Of a stretch of 34,173 bases of DNA, positions 1 to 7,885 are shown one piece after another (position 1 is the first letter of the stretch; each line of letters opens with the position of its first letter). The position numbers were made by a program, and so were the translations under genes. The notes under the pieces were generated by a model. That model searched no databases. It was not told the origin of the DNA and saw only the letters and a list, made by a program, of their open reading frames with translations. The DNA is from Deltaproteobacteria bacterium (GTDB taxonomy: Bacteria > Myxococcota > JACRCW01). The stretch covers positions 1 to 34,173 of the forward strand of contig JACRCW010000103.1 of NCBI GenBank assembly GCA_016218805.1. The letters run 5' to 3'.

Positions 1-1
1 C

Positions 2-351
2 CCGGCCGCCGGGGCTGGGTTGAGCTGCCCGCAGCGCAGCGTGGCGGCGGTGTCGGCGGCGGGGATGTTCCCGTGCCAGGCGCGTTGCACGCCGGGAGAC
101 AGCTCCCCGTGCCGCACGGGTGAGGGTTGCGTGTCCCGTGACGACGGAGCGGAGAGCTACTGCATGCCCATCTACCCAACGGATCCGGCGGCCAGCGGCG
201 CACTCAGCTGCGCGGCGGACAGCCTGGCGGCGGTGTCCGCGGCGGGCGTCTTCCCGTGTCAGGCCCGTTGCCGCACCGGTGAAAGTCATTCCTGCCGGAC
301 GGGTGAGGGCTGCGTGTCCCGTGACGACGGTGCCACGAGCTACTGCATGCC
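2..351 (+). repeat. Intragenic tandem repeat with a 183-bp period (2 copies visible)
   Basis: gggtgaggg(t/c)tgcgtgtcccgtgacgacgg occurs at 118 and 301. Confidence 0.9.
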
Positions 352-382
352 CCTCCACCGGGGGCCCGCCCGCGGTGGGTAG
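2..382 (+). CDS. C-terminal part of a cysteine-rich repeat protein (5'-truncated by the window edge)
   Basis: The frame is open from position 2 and contains two near-identical 61-aa units with 6 Cys each (LSC...FPCQARC...CRTGEGCVSRDDG..SYCMP). Stop TAG at 380-382. Confidence 0.7.
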   Translation, partial: PAAGAGLSCPQRSVAAVSAAGMFPCQARCTPGDSSPCRTGEGCVSRDDGAESYCMPIYPTDPAASGALSCAADSLAAVSAAGVFPCQARCRTGESHSCRTGEGCVSRDDGATSYCMPLHRGPARGG

Positions 383-408
383 CCCGCGCGGGGCGGTTGG
401 CCGCGTCC

Positions 409-1272
409 TCAACCGGTCTTGAGCGCGTGCACGTCCGCCGGTGCGTCGTCCACGTCCGTGGGCTGCGGCTGGTGCAACGGGAGCCCCAGCGCGCGCACGC
501 CGTCCGCCGGCACCGCGCCCAGCCGCCGCAGCGCCACCGCCTCGGCGGCAATGGCCACGGCAATCTCCTCAGGCGTCTGCGCGCCCAGGTCCAGGCCCAC
601 CGGGCTGTGCAGCCGGCGCAGATCCTCCGGCGTGAACCCCTTGTGCCGGCAGCGTTCGCGCGTGCGCAGCGCCTTGCGGCGGCTGGCAATGAGCCCCAGC
701 CAGTGCGCCGGCCGGCGCAGGCACCGCTCCACCAGCGCCTGGTCCAGCGCGTGGTCATGCGTGCACACCAGCACGTACGCGCGTTCAGAGAACGGCAGGC
801 GCGCCAGGTCCGCCTCTGCCGTCCCGTCCACCAGGGACACCGCGGACGGGAACCGCTCCAAGGTGGCAAACCCCGCGCGCTCATCCGCCACGTGCACGTC
901 AAAACCCAGCGGGGCCATCACCCGCGCGCATGCCAGGGCCACGTGACCACCGCCCAGCAGGATGAACGCGGGCCGCGGCAGCAGCGGCTCCAGGTACAGG
1001 CGCATCACGCCGCCGCAGCACATGCCCAGCTCCTGGCCCAGCTTGACCTCGACAAAACGCGGTTCGCCCGCGCGCAGCACGTCCGGGCACGCGGCCACCG
1101 CGGCGTGCTCCACTGCACCGCCCCCCACCGTCCCGCGCGTTTCCCCGGACGACAGCCACACCATCCGCGCGCCCGGCTTGCGGGGCGTGGAGCCGCGGCA
1201 GTCCACCACCGTCACCACCACGGCAGGGGTGCCGGTGCGCTCCAGTGCGGCCAGTTCGTCGTAGGACACCAT
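409..1272 (-). CDS. xdhC: XdhC/CoxI family molybdoenzyme accessory protein
   Basis: Motifs GSTPRKPGARM, GTVGGG.VE, LGMCCGG.M, LLGGGHVA, THDHALD, LGLIAS, PVGLDLGAQTPEEIAVAIAAE. Confidence 0.9.
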   Translation of the reverse strand: MVSYDELAALERTGTPAVVVTVVDCRGSTPRKPGARMVWLSSGETRGTVGGGAVEHAAVAACPDVLRAGEPRFVEVKLGQELGMCCGGVMRLYLEPLLPRPAFILLGGGHVALACARVMAPLGFDVHVADERAGFATLERFPSAVSLVDGTAEADLARLPFSERAYVLVCTHDHALDQALVERCLRRPAHWLGLIASRRKALRTRERCRHKGFTPEDLRRLHSPVGLDLGAQTPEEIAVAIAAEAVALRRLGAVPADGVRALGLPLHQPQPTDVDDAPADVHALKTG

Positions 1273-1311
1273 GCCGGAGGGTTTACCTTGCTGTCTGCGG
1301 GGGGCAAGCCG

Positions 1312-1980
1312 TCACTTGCGCGGCGGTTCAGCCATGGGCGGTGGCGGTGCACCCGGGGGCGGCGCGCCCGCCGCGGGCGGGGGTGCGGCGGGCGGCGGGA
1401 GCGGCGCGGTGGGCTTGTCCGTCTTGTCCGGGATGAGCTGGAAGGTGAAGGTGGTGTCCCCAATCTTGAACGTGTCCCCGTGCAGCAGTGTGCGGCGGTC
1501 CACGCGGTGGCCGCCCACAAAGATTCCGTTCTTGCTCCCCAGGTCATGCAGCGCAAAGTACCCGGTGGACTCACGTGAGACGGACGCGTGCTGCCGGCTC
1601 ACGCCTTCATCCTCCAGCACCACGTCACAGCTGTCCCGGTCCCGGCCAATGATGGTGCGCGCGCGCGTCAGCGTCAGCGGCGTGGGCGGGATGCCCGGCC
1701 GTGTCACCAACAGCACGCCGGTGCCGCCACGGCGCTCGCGGACCTTCTTTTCGCGGCGGCTGGATTTCACCATTCGCGTGGGTTCCGTCTCATGGGGCGG
1801 GGGCCGCGCCGGAGCGGCTGGCGCAGCGGGGGCCGCCGGCGCCGCGTTGGGGGCCGGCGGCGGCTCGGTTCCCAGCGCCGGGACGTGGGCGGGCGGGGCC
1901 GCCGCGGCCGGGGCCGCGCCGGGGGGCGGCGCGCCCTGGGGCGGTTGCGGGTTCGCCGGAGGCGCCTTGGGATCGTTCAT
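1312..1980 (-). CDS. FHA domain protein with Pro/Ala-rich N- and C-terminal arms
   Basis: FHA motifs IIGRD, VSRQHA, DLGSKNGIFV, LLHGDTFKIG. Confidence 0.88.
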   Translation of the reverse strand: MNDPKAPPANPQPPQGAPPPGAAPAAAAPPAHVPALGTEPPPAPNAAPAAPAAPAAPARPPPHETEPTRMVKSSRREKKVRERRGGTGVLLVTRPGIPPTPLTLTRARTIIGRDRDSCDVVLEDEGVSRQHASVSRESTGYFALHDLGSKNGIFVGGHRVDRRTLLHGDTFKIGDTTFTFQLIPDKTDKPTAPLPPPAAPPPAAGAPPPGAPPPPMAEPPRK

Positions 1981-2016
1981 CGCGGCGCGGAGTGCAGCGC
2001 GCGGGCACGGGCGCTG

Positions 2017-3402
2017 TCAATCGCGCGCGGCGGCGGCCTTCTCCACGTCGTCCGCGGATGGACCGTCCATCCCGTCCAGCGTGACCTCCACCTGCTTGAC
2101 CCGCCGTTCCGTGCGCGAGGTCACCCGCCAGGTGGCCCCGTGCCCCAGGTAGCTGCGCCCCGCCTGCGGAATCTCGCCCGCCAGCATGAGCACCACGCCG
2201 GCCACCGTCTCCGCCGCCAGGTCCTGCGGCAGGCGCAGCCCCGTGGCGCGCTCCAGCTCGCGCAGCGGCGTCATGCCCGCGGCCATCCACCGGCCCGGCG
2301 CCACCTCGCGCAGCCCGTCGGTGGAGGGGTCCTTGGACTCGTGGAACTCGCCCACCAGCTCTTCAAACAGGTCCTCCACCGTCACCATGCCCACCAGCCC
2401 GCCGTGCTCATCCACCACCATGGCCACGCGCTCACGCTTCTCCTGCATCAGGCGCAGGAGCGCGGGCGCCCGCGTCGTCTCAGGGACGAACATGGCCTTG
2501 CGCACCAGGTCATGCAGCACCAGCAGGTTGCCGTGCTGGACGGTGGTCATCACGTCGGTGGCGGTCACGTAGCCCAGGATCTTGTCCGGGGTCTCGTCCA
2601 CCACGGGCATGCGGTGGAAACCCTCTTCACAGAACACGCGGAGGATCTCCTCGCGGCCGGCGCGCATGTCCACGGTCTTGAGGCGCGCGCGCGGCACGCA
2701 CACCTCGCCCGCGGTGAGGCTGTTGAAGTCCAGCGCGCGTGACGCAATATCCCCGCTGCGCGGATCCAGCGCGCCGGACCGGCTGGCCTCTTCAATGAGC
2801 ACGCGCAACTCCTCCGCGTTGACGCGGGATTCCGTGAAGCTGGCGCGGTCCCCAAACGGCTTGAGCAGCAGGTTGGAGGACTGGGTCAGCAGCCACACCA
2901 CGGGGCGCGCCGCGCCGGACAGCCAGGCCAACGGGCGCGCGGACCACAGCGCCAGCGTCTCCGCGTGGTGCATGGCCACGCTCTTGGGGACCAGCTCGCC
3001 AATGACCAGCGTCACATACGCCACGCCCCCCACCACCATGCCCAGCGCCAGTTCGCCGGGAAGCGCGGGGTAGGCCTCCGCGCCGGGCACATGGGCAAGC
3101 GCGCCGCGCAGCCACGCCGCCACCGTGTCTGTCAGGCGTGCGCCGCCAAACGCCGCGGCCAGCGACGAGATGAGCGTGAGCCCCACCTGTATGGTGGCCA
3201 GCAGGTTCTCCGGGTGGGCGCGCAGGGCCAGCACGCGCGCGGCGCCCGCGTGGCCGCGGCCGGCCAGCTCCTTGAGCCGGCTGTGGCGCGCGGTGACCAT
3301 CGCCATCTCCGCCGCCGAGAACACGCCATTGGCCACCACGAGCCCCAAGATGAATATCAAGTCTCCCAGCATGAACGTGCGCACCCCCGGGGGAAGCTCC
3401 AT
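2017..3402 (-). CDS. Hemolysin family / CNNM (DUF21-CBS-CBS-CorC_HlyC) membrane protein
   Basis: NGVFSAAEMA, LATIQVGLTL, VIGELVPKSVA, a CBS pair (VVDEHGGLVGMVTVEDLFEELVGE) and a CorC-like C-terminus. ATG at 3402 has GAGGA upstream; ATG at 3372 is an alternative start. Confidence 0.9.
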   Translation of the reverse strand: MELPPGVRTFMLGDLIFILGLVVANGVFSAAEMAMVTARHSRLKELAGRGHAGAARVLALRAHPENLLATIQVGLTLISSLAAAFGGARLTDTVAAWLRGALAHVPGAEAYPALPGELALGMVVGGVAYVTLVIGELVPKSVAMHHAETLALWSARPLAWLSGAARPVVWLLTQSSNLLLKPFGDRASFTESRVNAEELRVLIEEASRSGALDPRSGDIASRALDFNSLTAGEVCVPRARLKTVDMRAGREEILRVFCEEGFHRMPVVDETPDKILGYVTATDVMTTVQHGNLLVLHDLVRKAMFVPETTRAPALLRLMQEKRERVAMVVDEHGGLVGMVTVEDLFEELVGEFHESKDPSTDGLREVAPGRWMAAGMTPLRELERATGLRLPQDLAAETVAGVVLMLAGEIPQAGRSYLGHGATWRVTSRTERRVKQVEVTLDGMDGPSADDVEKAAAARD

Positions 3403-3510
3403 GGTGGGTCCTCGTCGGGGTTGAAGCAAGGGGCAGCCGGCGGGTTGCAGGCCCCACGGACCGCTGGTATTTGCCGCGTCCCGCTGCGCATGGCACCCGG
3501 CCGTGCACGA

Positions 3511-3600
3511 GGAGAGATGGCCGAGCCTGGTTGAAGGCGCCTGACTCGAAATCAGGTTTACCGCAAGGTAACGGGGGTTCGAATCCCTCTCTCTCCGCCA
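3511..3600 (+). tRNA. tRNA-Ser(CGA)
   Basis: Acceptor GGAGAGA/TCTCTCC-GCCA, anticodon arm CCTGA-CT-CGA-AA-TCAGG, long variable arm, GGTTCGAATCC T-loop, encoded CCA. Confidence 0.97.
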
Positions 3601-3680
3601 CGGAAACCCCGGCGGGGGGCCATGCGGGCGGGAAGACGCAAGTTGGCAAGAGCAGTTGACGACGAGGAGGAAAGCGACAA

Positions 3681-3768
3681 GGAGAGGTGACCGAGAGGCC
3701 GAAGGTGCACGACTGGAAATCGTGTGTACCGAAAGGTACCGAGGGTTCGAATCCCTCTCTCTCCGCCA
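3681..3768 (+). tRNA. tRNA-Ser(GGA)
   Basis: Anticodon arm CACGA-CT-GGA-AA-TCGTG, variable arm GTACC-GAAA-GGTAC, T-loop GGTTCGAATCC, encoded CCA. Confidence 0.97.
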
Positions 3769-3796
3769 GATGTTCCGCCCCTGTCCCGGGGCGTAT

Positions 3797-3880
3797 GACC
3801 ACCGCGCAACCGCAACGCCCGAACCCCGCCAGGTCCGGAAGGAAGCAACGGTAGGGCGCACTGCGGTGTGCGCGGTGGTC
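3797..3880 (+). ncRNA. ffs: Small bacterial SRP RNA (4.5S)
   Basis: Long hairpin GACCACCGCGCA...TGCGCGGTGGTC containing the helix-8 motif CAGGTCCGGAAGGAAGCA, followed by T6. The tRNA-Ser-ffs-dnaX context is conserved in bacteria. Confidence 0.93.
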
Positions 3881-3941
3881 TTTTTTGGGGTCCCGCGCGC
3901 CGTGCTATGGCGCACCGCCCGCAAGGGAAAGGAGCCCGCTC

Positions 3942-5642
3942 ATGTCCTACGTTGTCCTGGCCCGCAAGTGGCGTCCGCAGGCGTTTGAGGATGTCATTGG
4001 CCAGGAGCACGTGGTGCAGACGCTGCACAACGCCATCGGGTCCAACCGGGTGGCGCACGCCTTCCTGTTCACCGGGGCGCGCGGCGTGGGCAAGACCACC
4101 GCGGCGCGCCTGTTGTCCAAGGCGCTGTGCTGCGAAAAAGGCCCGCGGCCGGAGCCGTGCAACGCGTGTGCGGCCTGCCAGGAGATCACCTCCGGCAACA
4201 GCGTGGACGTGCTGGAGATTGACGGTGCGTCCAACACCGGCGTGGATGACGTGCGGGAGCTGCGCGAGAGCGCGCGCTACCTGCCGCAGCGCCTGCGCCT
4301 GAAGATCTTCATCATTGACGAAGTGCACATGCTGTCCGTCAACGCGTTCAACGCGCTGCTCAAGCTGCTGGAGGAACCGCCGCCGCACCTGAAGTTCATC
4401 TTTGCCACGACGGAGCCGCACAAGATCCCCATCACCATCCTGTCCCGGTGCCAGCGCTATGACTTCAAGCGCATCCCGCCCAAGGTGATGGCCAGCCGGC
4501 TGCAGAAGATCTGTGAGGACGAGAAGCTGGTGATTGGCGAGGGCGCGCTGGAACTGGTGTGCCGCGCCGCCGAGGGCGGCATGCGCGACGCGCTGTCCCT
4601 GCTGGACCAGGTGCTGTCCTTTGTGGGGCAGGGGCAGCCCATCACCGCGCAGGCGTGCGTGGAGGCGTTGGGGATCATTGACCGGCGCACCGTGGTGGAC
4701 ATCACGGAAGCGCTGCTGCACCGGCAGGCGGACAAGGCGCTGTTCCTGGTGCGCGAGGCGTCCAACCGCGGCTTTGATCTCAAGCAGCTGGGCGGGGAGC
4801 TTTTGACGGAGCTGCGGCACCTCACGGTGGCGCAGGTGACCCGGGAACCGGAGCAGGTGATGGACCTGCCCATGCACGAGGTGGAAGCGCTCAAGGTCCG
4901 CGCAAAGCTGGTGAGCGCGGAGGAGTTGCACCGCCTGTTCACCACGCTGATGGCGCGGCTGGACACGCTGTCCCGCACCGGTGAACCGCTGCTGGCCATG
5001 GAGATGGCGGTGCTTTCGCTGTGCCTGGCGCCCCCGGCGGCGTCACTGCAGCAGGTGTCCGACCTGGTGGCGCGCCTGGAGGCCGCGGCCGGTGGAGCCC
5101 CGCTGCAGGTGCCCGCGTATGCGCCGCCGCCGCCCGCCGTCACCGCGGCGCCCACACCTCCGCCCCCGCCGCCAGCACCCACTCCAACTCCACCTCCGCC
5201 TCCTCCTCCACCGGCCACTCCGCCGGCCAGCACGGCCGCCGTTCCCGAGGGCGCGGACCCCACGTTTGTGAAGCTGCTGCAGAAACTGCAGGAAAAGCGT
5301 CCGGCGCTGTCCAGCTTCCTGGAAATGGCAGGCATCCGCATTGACGGGAAGACACTCACGCTGTCCTTCAAGCAGGCCTTTTACCTGGACGCGATGAAAC
5401 AGCCGGAAAACGACAAGGGGCTGCGTGACGCGCTGGTGGAGGTGCTGGGCGAGGGCGCCACCTACGTCATCACGGGTGGTGAATCCGCCGATATGGGCGA
5501 CAGCATGGTGGACATGCGGGACCGCGAGACCGCCCGCAAGGAAGCGGAACGCCTGGAGCGCGTTCGCAACAACCCCATTGTGCAGGCGGCGCAGAACCTG
5601 TTTGGCGCCAACATCCGCGAAGTGAAGGCGCCGGAGAGCTGA
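3942..5642 (+). CDS. dnaX: DNA polymerase III subunit gamma/tau
   Basis: MSYVVLARKWRPQ, Walker A GARGVGKTT, Zn Cys cluster, EIDGASN, DEVHML, SRC motif. AAGGAG RBS before ATG 3942. Confidence 0.97.
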   Translation: MSYVVLARKWRPQAFEDVIGQEHVVQTLHNAIGSNRVAHAFLFTGARGVGKTTAARLLSKALCCEKGPRPEPCNACAACQEITSGNSVDVLEIDGASNTGVDDVRELRESARYLPQRLRLKIFIIDEVHMLSVNAFNALLKLLEEPPPHLKFIFATTEPHKIPITILSRCQRYDFKRIPPKVMASRLQKICEDEKLVIGEGALELVCRAAEGGMRDALSLLDQVLSFVGQGQPITAQACVEALGIIDRRTVVDITEALLHRQADKALFLVREASNRGFDLKQLGGELLTELRHLTVAQVTREPEQVMDLPMHEVEALKVRAKLVSAEELHRLFTTLMARLDTLSRTGEPLLAMEMAVLSLCLAPPAASLQQVSDLVARLEAAAGGAPLQVPAYAPPPPAVTAAPTPPPPPPAPTPTPPPPPPPPATPPASTAAVPEGADPTFVKLLQKLQEKRPALSSFLEMAGIRIDGKTLTLSFKQAFYLDAMKQPENDKGLRDALVEVLGEGATYVITGGESADMGDSMVDMRDRETARKEAERLERVRNNPIVQAAQNLFGANIREVKAPES

Positions 5643-5695
5643 ATTCCAGCCGCGGTCGCGTTGCGTTCAGAAAAACGTGCCGGTAGCAAGACCGC

Positions 5696-6157
5696 ATGGC
5701 TTCGCGAAAGAGCAAAGTGCCCCTGCGCGGCGTGGTGAAGGGCAAGAACCCGATCACGGTGGCGCCGTCCGACACGGAGTTGGGCCGGATGGGGCTGCTG
5801 CTTGAGCACATGTCCGACAAGGTCGACCTCGTCCACGAAGGCATGATGATCATCCGCGAGTCGCTGGAGCGGCGCATTGCGGAGAGCAAGGCGGACTTGT
5901 CAGCGCGCCTGGATACGGTGGAGTCCGTGATCCGCCACCTGTCCGCTGAAGTCCGCAAGAACAGCGACGACATCCGTAAGAACAGCGACGACATCCGTAA
6001 GAACAGCGACGACATCCGCAAGAGCAGCGAGGCGATTCGCCGCTTGGAGCAGGCGGTTGATGCGGTGCGCGGGGACCTGTCTGGCAAGGCGGATGCCGCG
6101 GACCTGCGCCGGCTGGAGGAGCGTGTCACCGCGCTGGAGCGGCGGCTGGCCTCCTGA
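5696..6157 (+). CDS. Hypothetical coiled-coil protein with heptad tandem repeats
   Basis: Clean ORF in the gap after dnaX with heptad periodicity and (I/V)RKNSDD repeats. Confidence 0.7.
   Translation: MASRKSKVPLRGVVKGKNPITVAPSDTELGRMGLLLEHMSDKVDLVHEGMMIIRESLERRIAESKADLSARLDTVESVIRHLSAEVRKNSDDIRKNSDDIRKNSDDIRKSSEAIRRLEQAVDAVRGDLSGKADAADLRRLEERVTALERRLAS
5952..6035 (+). repeat. 21-bp coding tandem repeat, 4 copies
   Basis: tccg(c/t)aagaacagcgacgaca at 5952, 5973 and 5994, plus a degenerate copy at 6015. Confidence 0.92.
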
Positions 6158-6181
6158 CTCCCTGACGACAGCGACCGCCGC

Positions 6182-6583
6182 TCAGAGGCTCAGTGGGCCG
6201 TCCTCGTCAATCTTGGACATCAGCAGCTGGGTGACGTCCGTGCCGGGCTCACACATCAGCACCGCGCCGCGTTCCAATACCAACGTCACCTGCTTCTCCT
6301 TCATCAGCTTCTCCAGGTGCCCCTGCGCGCGCTTGAGCAGCGTGGCGCGCAGCGTGGCCTGCTGGTCCCGGATGCCCTGCAGCGCTTCCTTTTCGTGTGC
6401 CTCCACCTTGGCTTCCGCGGCCTTCTTCTCCGGGCCCTTGGCGGCGGCGGCTTTCTCCTGGAGCTTCTTGTGCTCCGCCTGCGCGGCCTTGAACTTCTGC
6501 TGCAGCGACCGCGCCGCTGACCGCCCCACCGTCGAGTCATCCAGCAGCCGCGGCATGTCCACCACGAGGTAAGCCATTGTCAT
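6182..6583 (-). CDS. OmpH/Skp-like chaperone with no apparent signal peptide
   Basis: N-terminal strand YLVVDMPRLLDDSTVGRSA, long charged helical hairpin, C-terminal KEKQVTLVLERGAVLM...DVTQLLMSKID. This is the Skp layout. Starts at ATG 6583 or 6577. Confidence 0.75.
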   Translation of the reverse strand: MTMAYLVVDMPRLLDDSTVGRSAARSLQQKFKAAQAEHKKLQEKAAAAKGPEKKAAEAKVEAHEKEALQGIRDQQATLRATLLKRAQGHLEKLMKEKQVTLVLERGAVLMCEPGTDVTQLLMSKIDEDGPLSL

Positions 6584-6658
6584 CACGGTCCTCCGGGGCA
6601 ACTTTTCCGGACGAATTGCGATAAGCTCACTCGTCCTTCTGTCTGCGAGGAGTGCACC

Positions 6659-7813
6659 GTGTCCATCTCCAACGTCAACCGCGGTACCGGCTTGAACACC
6701 CCAAGCGTCGGCGGCAGCGGCCCGGTCACGGGCACCACCACCCCGGCGCCGGCCACCACGCAGACCCCTGCCGGCACCGGTGACGGGTTCTCCGTCGGCG
6801 GGACCGCGCGCGCGCCCGCGCAGACGCCGGCGCAGAAGGAGTGGGGCAACTCGGTCAACCGCTACCAGGACCGGCTCAATGACGTCCTGGGCAACAACGC
6901 GCAGGCGTTTGCCAACGCGGCGGCGCACGGGACGCGTACCCCGGCGCAGGGCGGTGACATCACCGACGCGCAGCGGGACCAGCTGGTTGGGGCGACCAAG
7001 GACCTTATGATGGACATGCCGGTGTCCATGCTGGCGCCCAGCGCGCAGAAGTACCTGGCGGACAAGGGCCTGGACGTCCCCAACCTGGGCGACAAGAAGC
7101 TCAAGGACCTGGGCAAGGTGGGCGGGGACCTGGCCAAGGACCTGGCGGAGAAGTTCCGCAAGGACAGCCCGGGCGCGTTCTACGGGCTGGCCGCGGCGGG
7201 CGCCGTGGGCGCGGGCGCCTACGGCTACCTCAAGGGCAGCGAAGCGCTGGGCAAGCTGGGCATCAAGCCGGAATTCAAAACAAGGGTTTTCAGCGACCAC
7301 CTCACGCTGCGCGCGTCCGCCGCCTGGGAGGAGAAGTTCTCCAACTTCCGGGGCACCGTGGGCGCGGAGAGCCGGTTTGGCGTGGGCGGCGCCAACGTCA
7401 CAGTGGGCGCCGAGGTCACCGCCGGCGTGCGCAACGGGCTGGAGAGCTACAAGGTGAACGGCAGCGTCGCGCGGGACGGGACCACGCTGTCGGGTTCGGC
7501 CACGTTTGACGGCAACAGCGTGTTCCAGTCCGGCAACCTGTCGCTTTCCCGGGATACCCGCAATGTGGACTGGGCGCTGTCCGGCAACTTTGGACAACGC
7601 GGGCACCTGGACAGCCTGGGGGCTTCCGTCAGCGTCACGGAAGACAAGTTCCGCCTCTCCGCCGGCGCGGAGCATAACTTTGTCACCAACACCACCACGG
7701 GAAACCTGGGCGTCACCTACCGCCCGCGCGAGAACGTGGACCTGGGGCTGAGCGCGTTCCGCGACAGCACGGGCAACTCGGGCGTCGGGGTCGGTGTGAA
7801 GATCTCGTTCTGA
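6659..7813 (+). CDS. Hypothetical protein: Thr/Pro/Gly-rich N-terminus, helical middle, predicted C-terminal beta-barrel ending VGVGVKISF
   Basis: GAGGAG RBS before GTG and strong GC3 codon bias. The last ~180 aa are alternating amphipathic strands ending in Phe. Confidence 0.8.
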   Translation: MSISNVNRGTGLNTPSVGGSGPVTGTTTPAPATTQTPAGTGDGFSVGGTARAPAQTPAQKEWGNSVNRYQDRLNDVLGNNAQAFANAAAHGTRTPAQGGDITDAQRDQLVGATKDLMMDMPVSMLAPSAQKYLADKGLDVPNLGDKKLKDLGKVGGDLAKDLAEKFRKDSPGAFYGLAAAGAVGAGAYGYLKGSEALGKLGIKPEFKTRVFSDHLTLRASAAWEEKFSNFRGTVGAESRFGVGGANVTVGAEVTAGVRNGLESYKVNGSVARDGTTLSGSATFDGNSVFQSGNLSLSRDTRNVDWALSGNFGQRGHLDSLGASVSVTEDKFRLSAGAEHNFVTNTTTGNLGVTYRPRENVDLGLSAFRDSTGNSGVGVGVKISF

Positions 7814-7885
7814 TCTTCGCTGACGCGCTGCACCGGACCACTACAATGTGCCGCGCGGCGCACCCCGCCCGCCGAGGGTTCCTGC

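Noticed and set aside
3575..3768. Identical 3' ends of the two tRNAs as a possible att-site duplication
   Set aside because: Both are complete tRNA-Ser genes with different anticodons, and no integrase or third partial copy was seen.
3511..3768. Long-variable-arm tRNAs as selenocysteine or suppressor tRNAs
   Set aside because: The anticodons are CGA and GGA with 7-bp acceptor stems, so they are ordinary tRNA-Ser.
3403..3924. N-terminal extension of the 635-aa ORF 2017..3924
   Set aside because: It runs antisense through two tRNAs and SRP RNA; family similarity begins only near 3402.
5100..5320. dnaX programmed frameshift or slippage site
   Set aside because: No A AAA AAG heptamer or long A-run is visible after the Pro-rich linker.
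5952..6035. Short direct repeats as a CRISPR array
   Set aside because: They are contiguous in-frame coding repeats with no spacers and no cas genes.
6584..7675. Upstream part of the 497-aa minus-strand ORF 6182..7675 as part of the Skp gene
   Set aside because: It is the antisense shadow of the 6659..7813 gene and has no signal-peptide-like segment next to the Skp domain.
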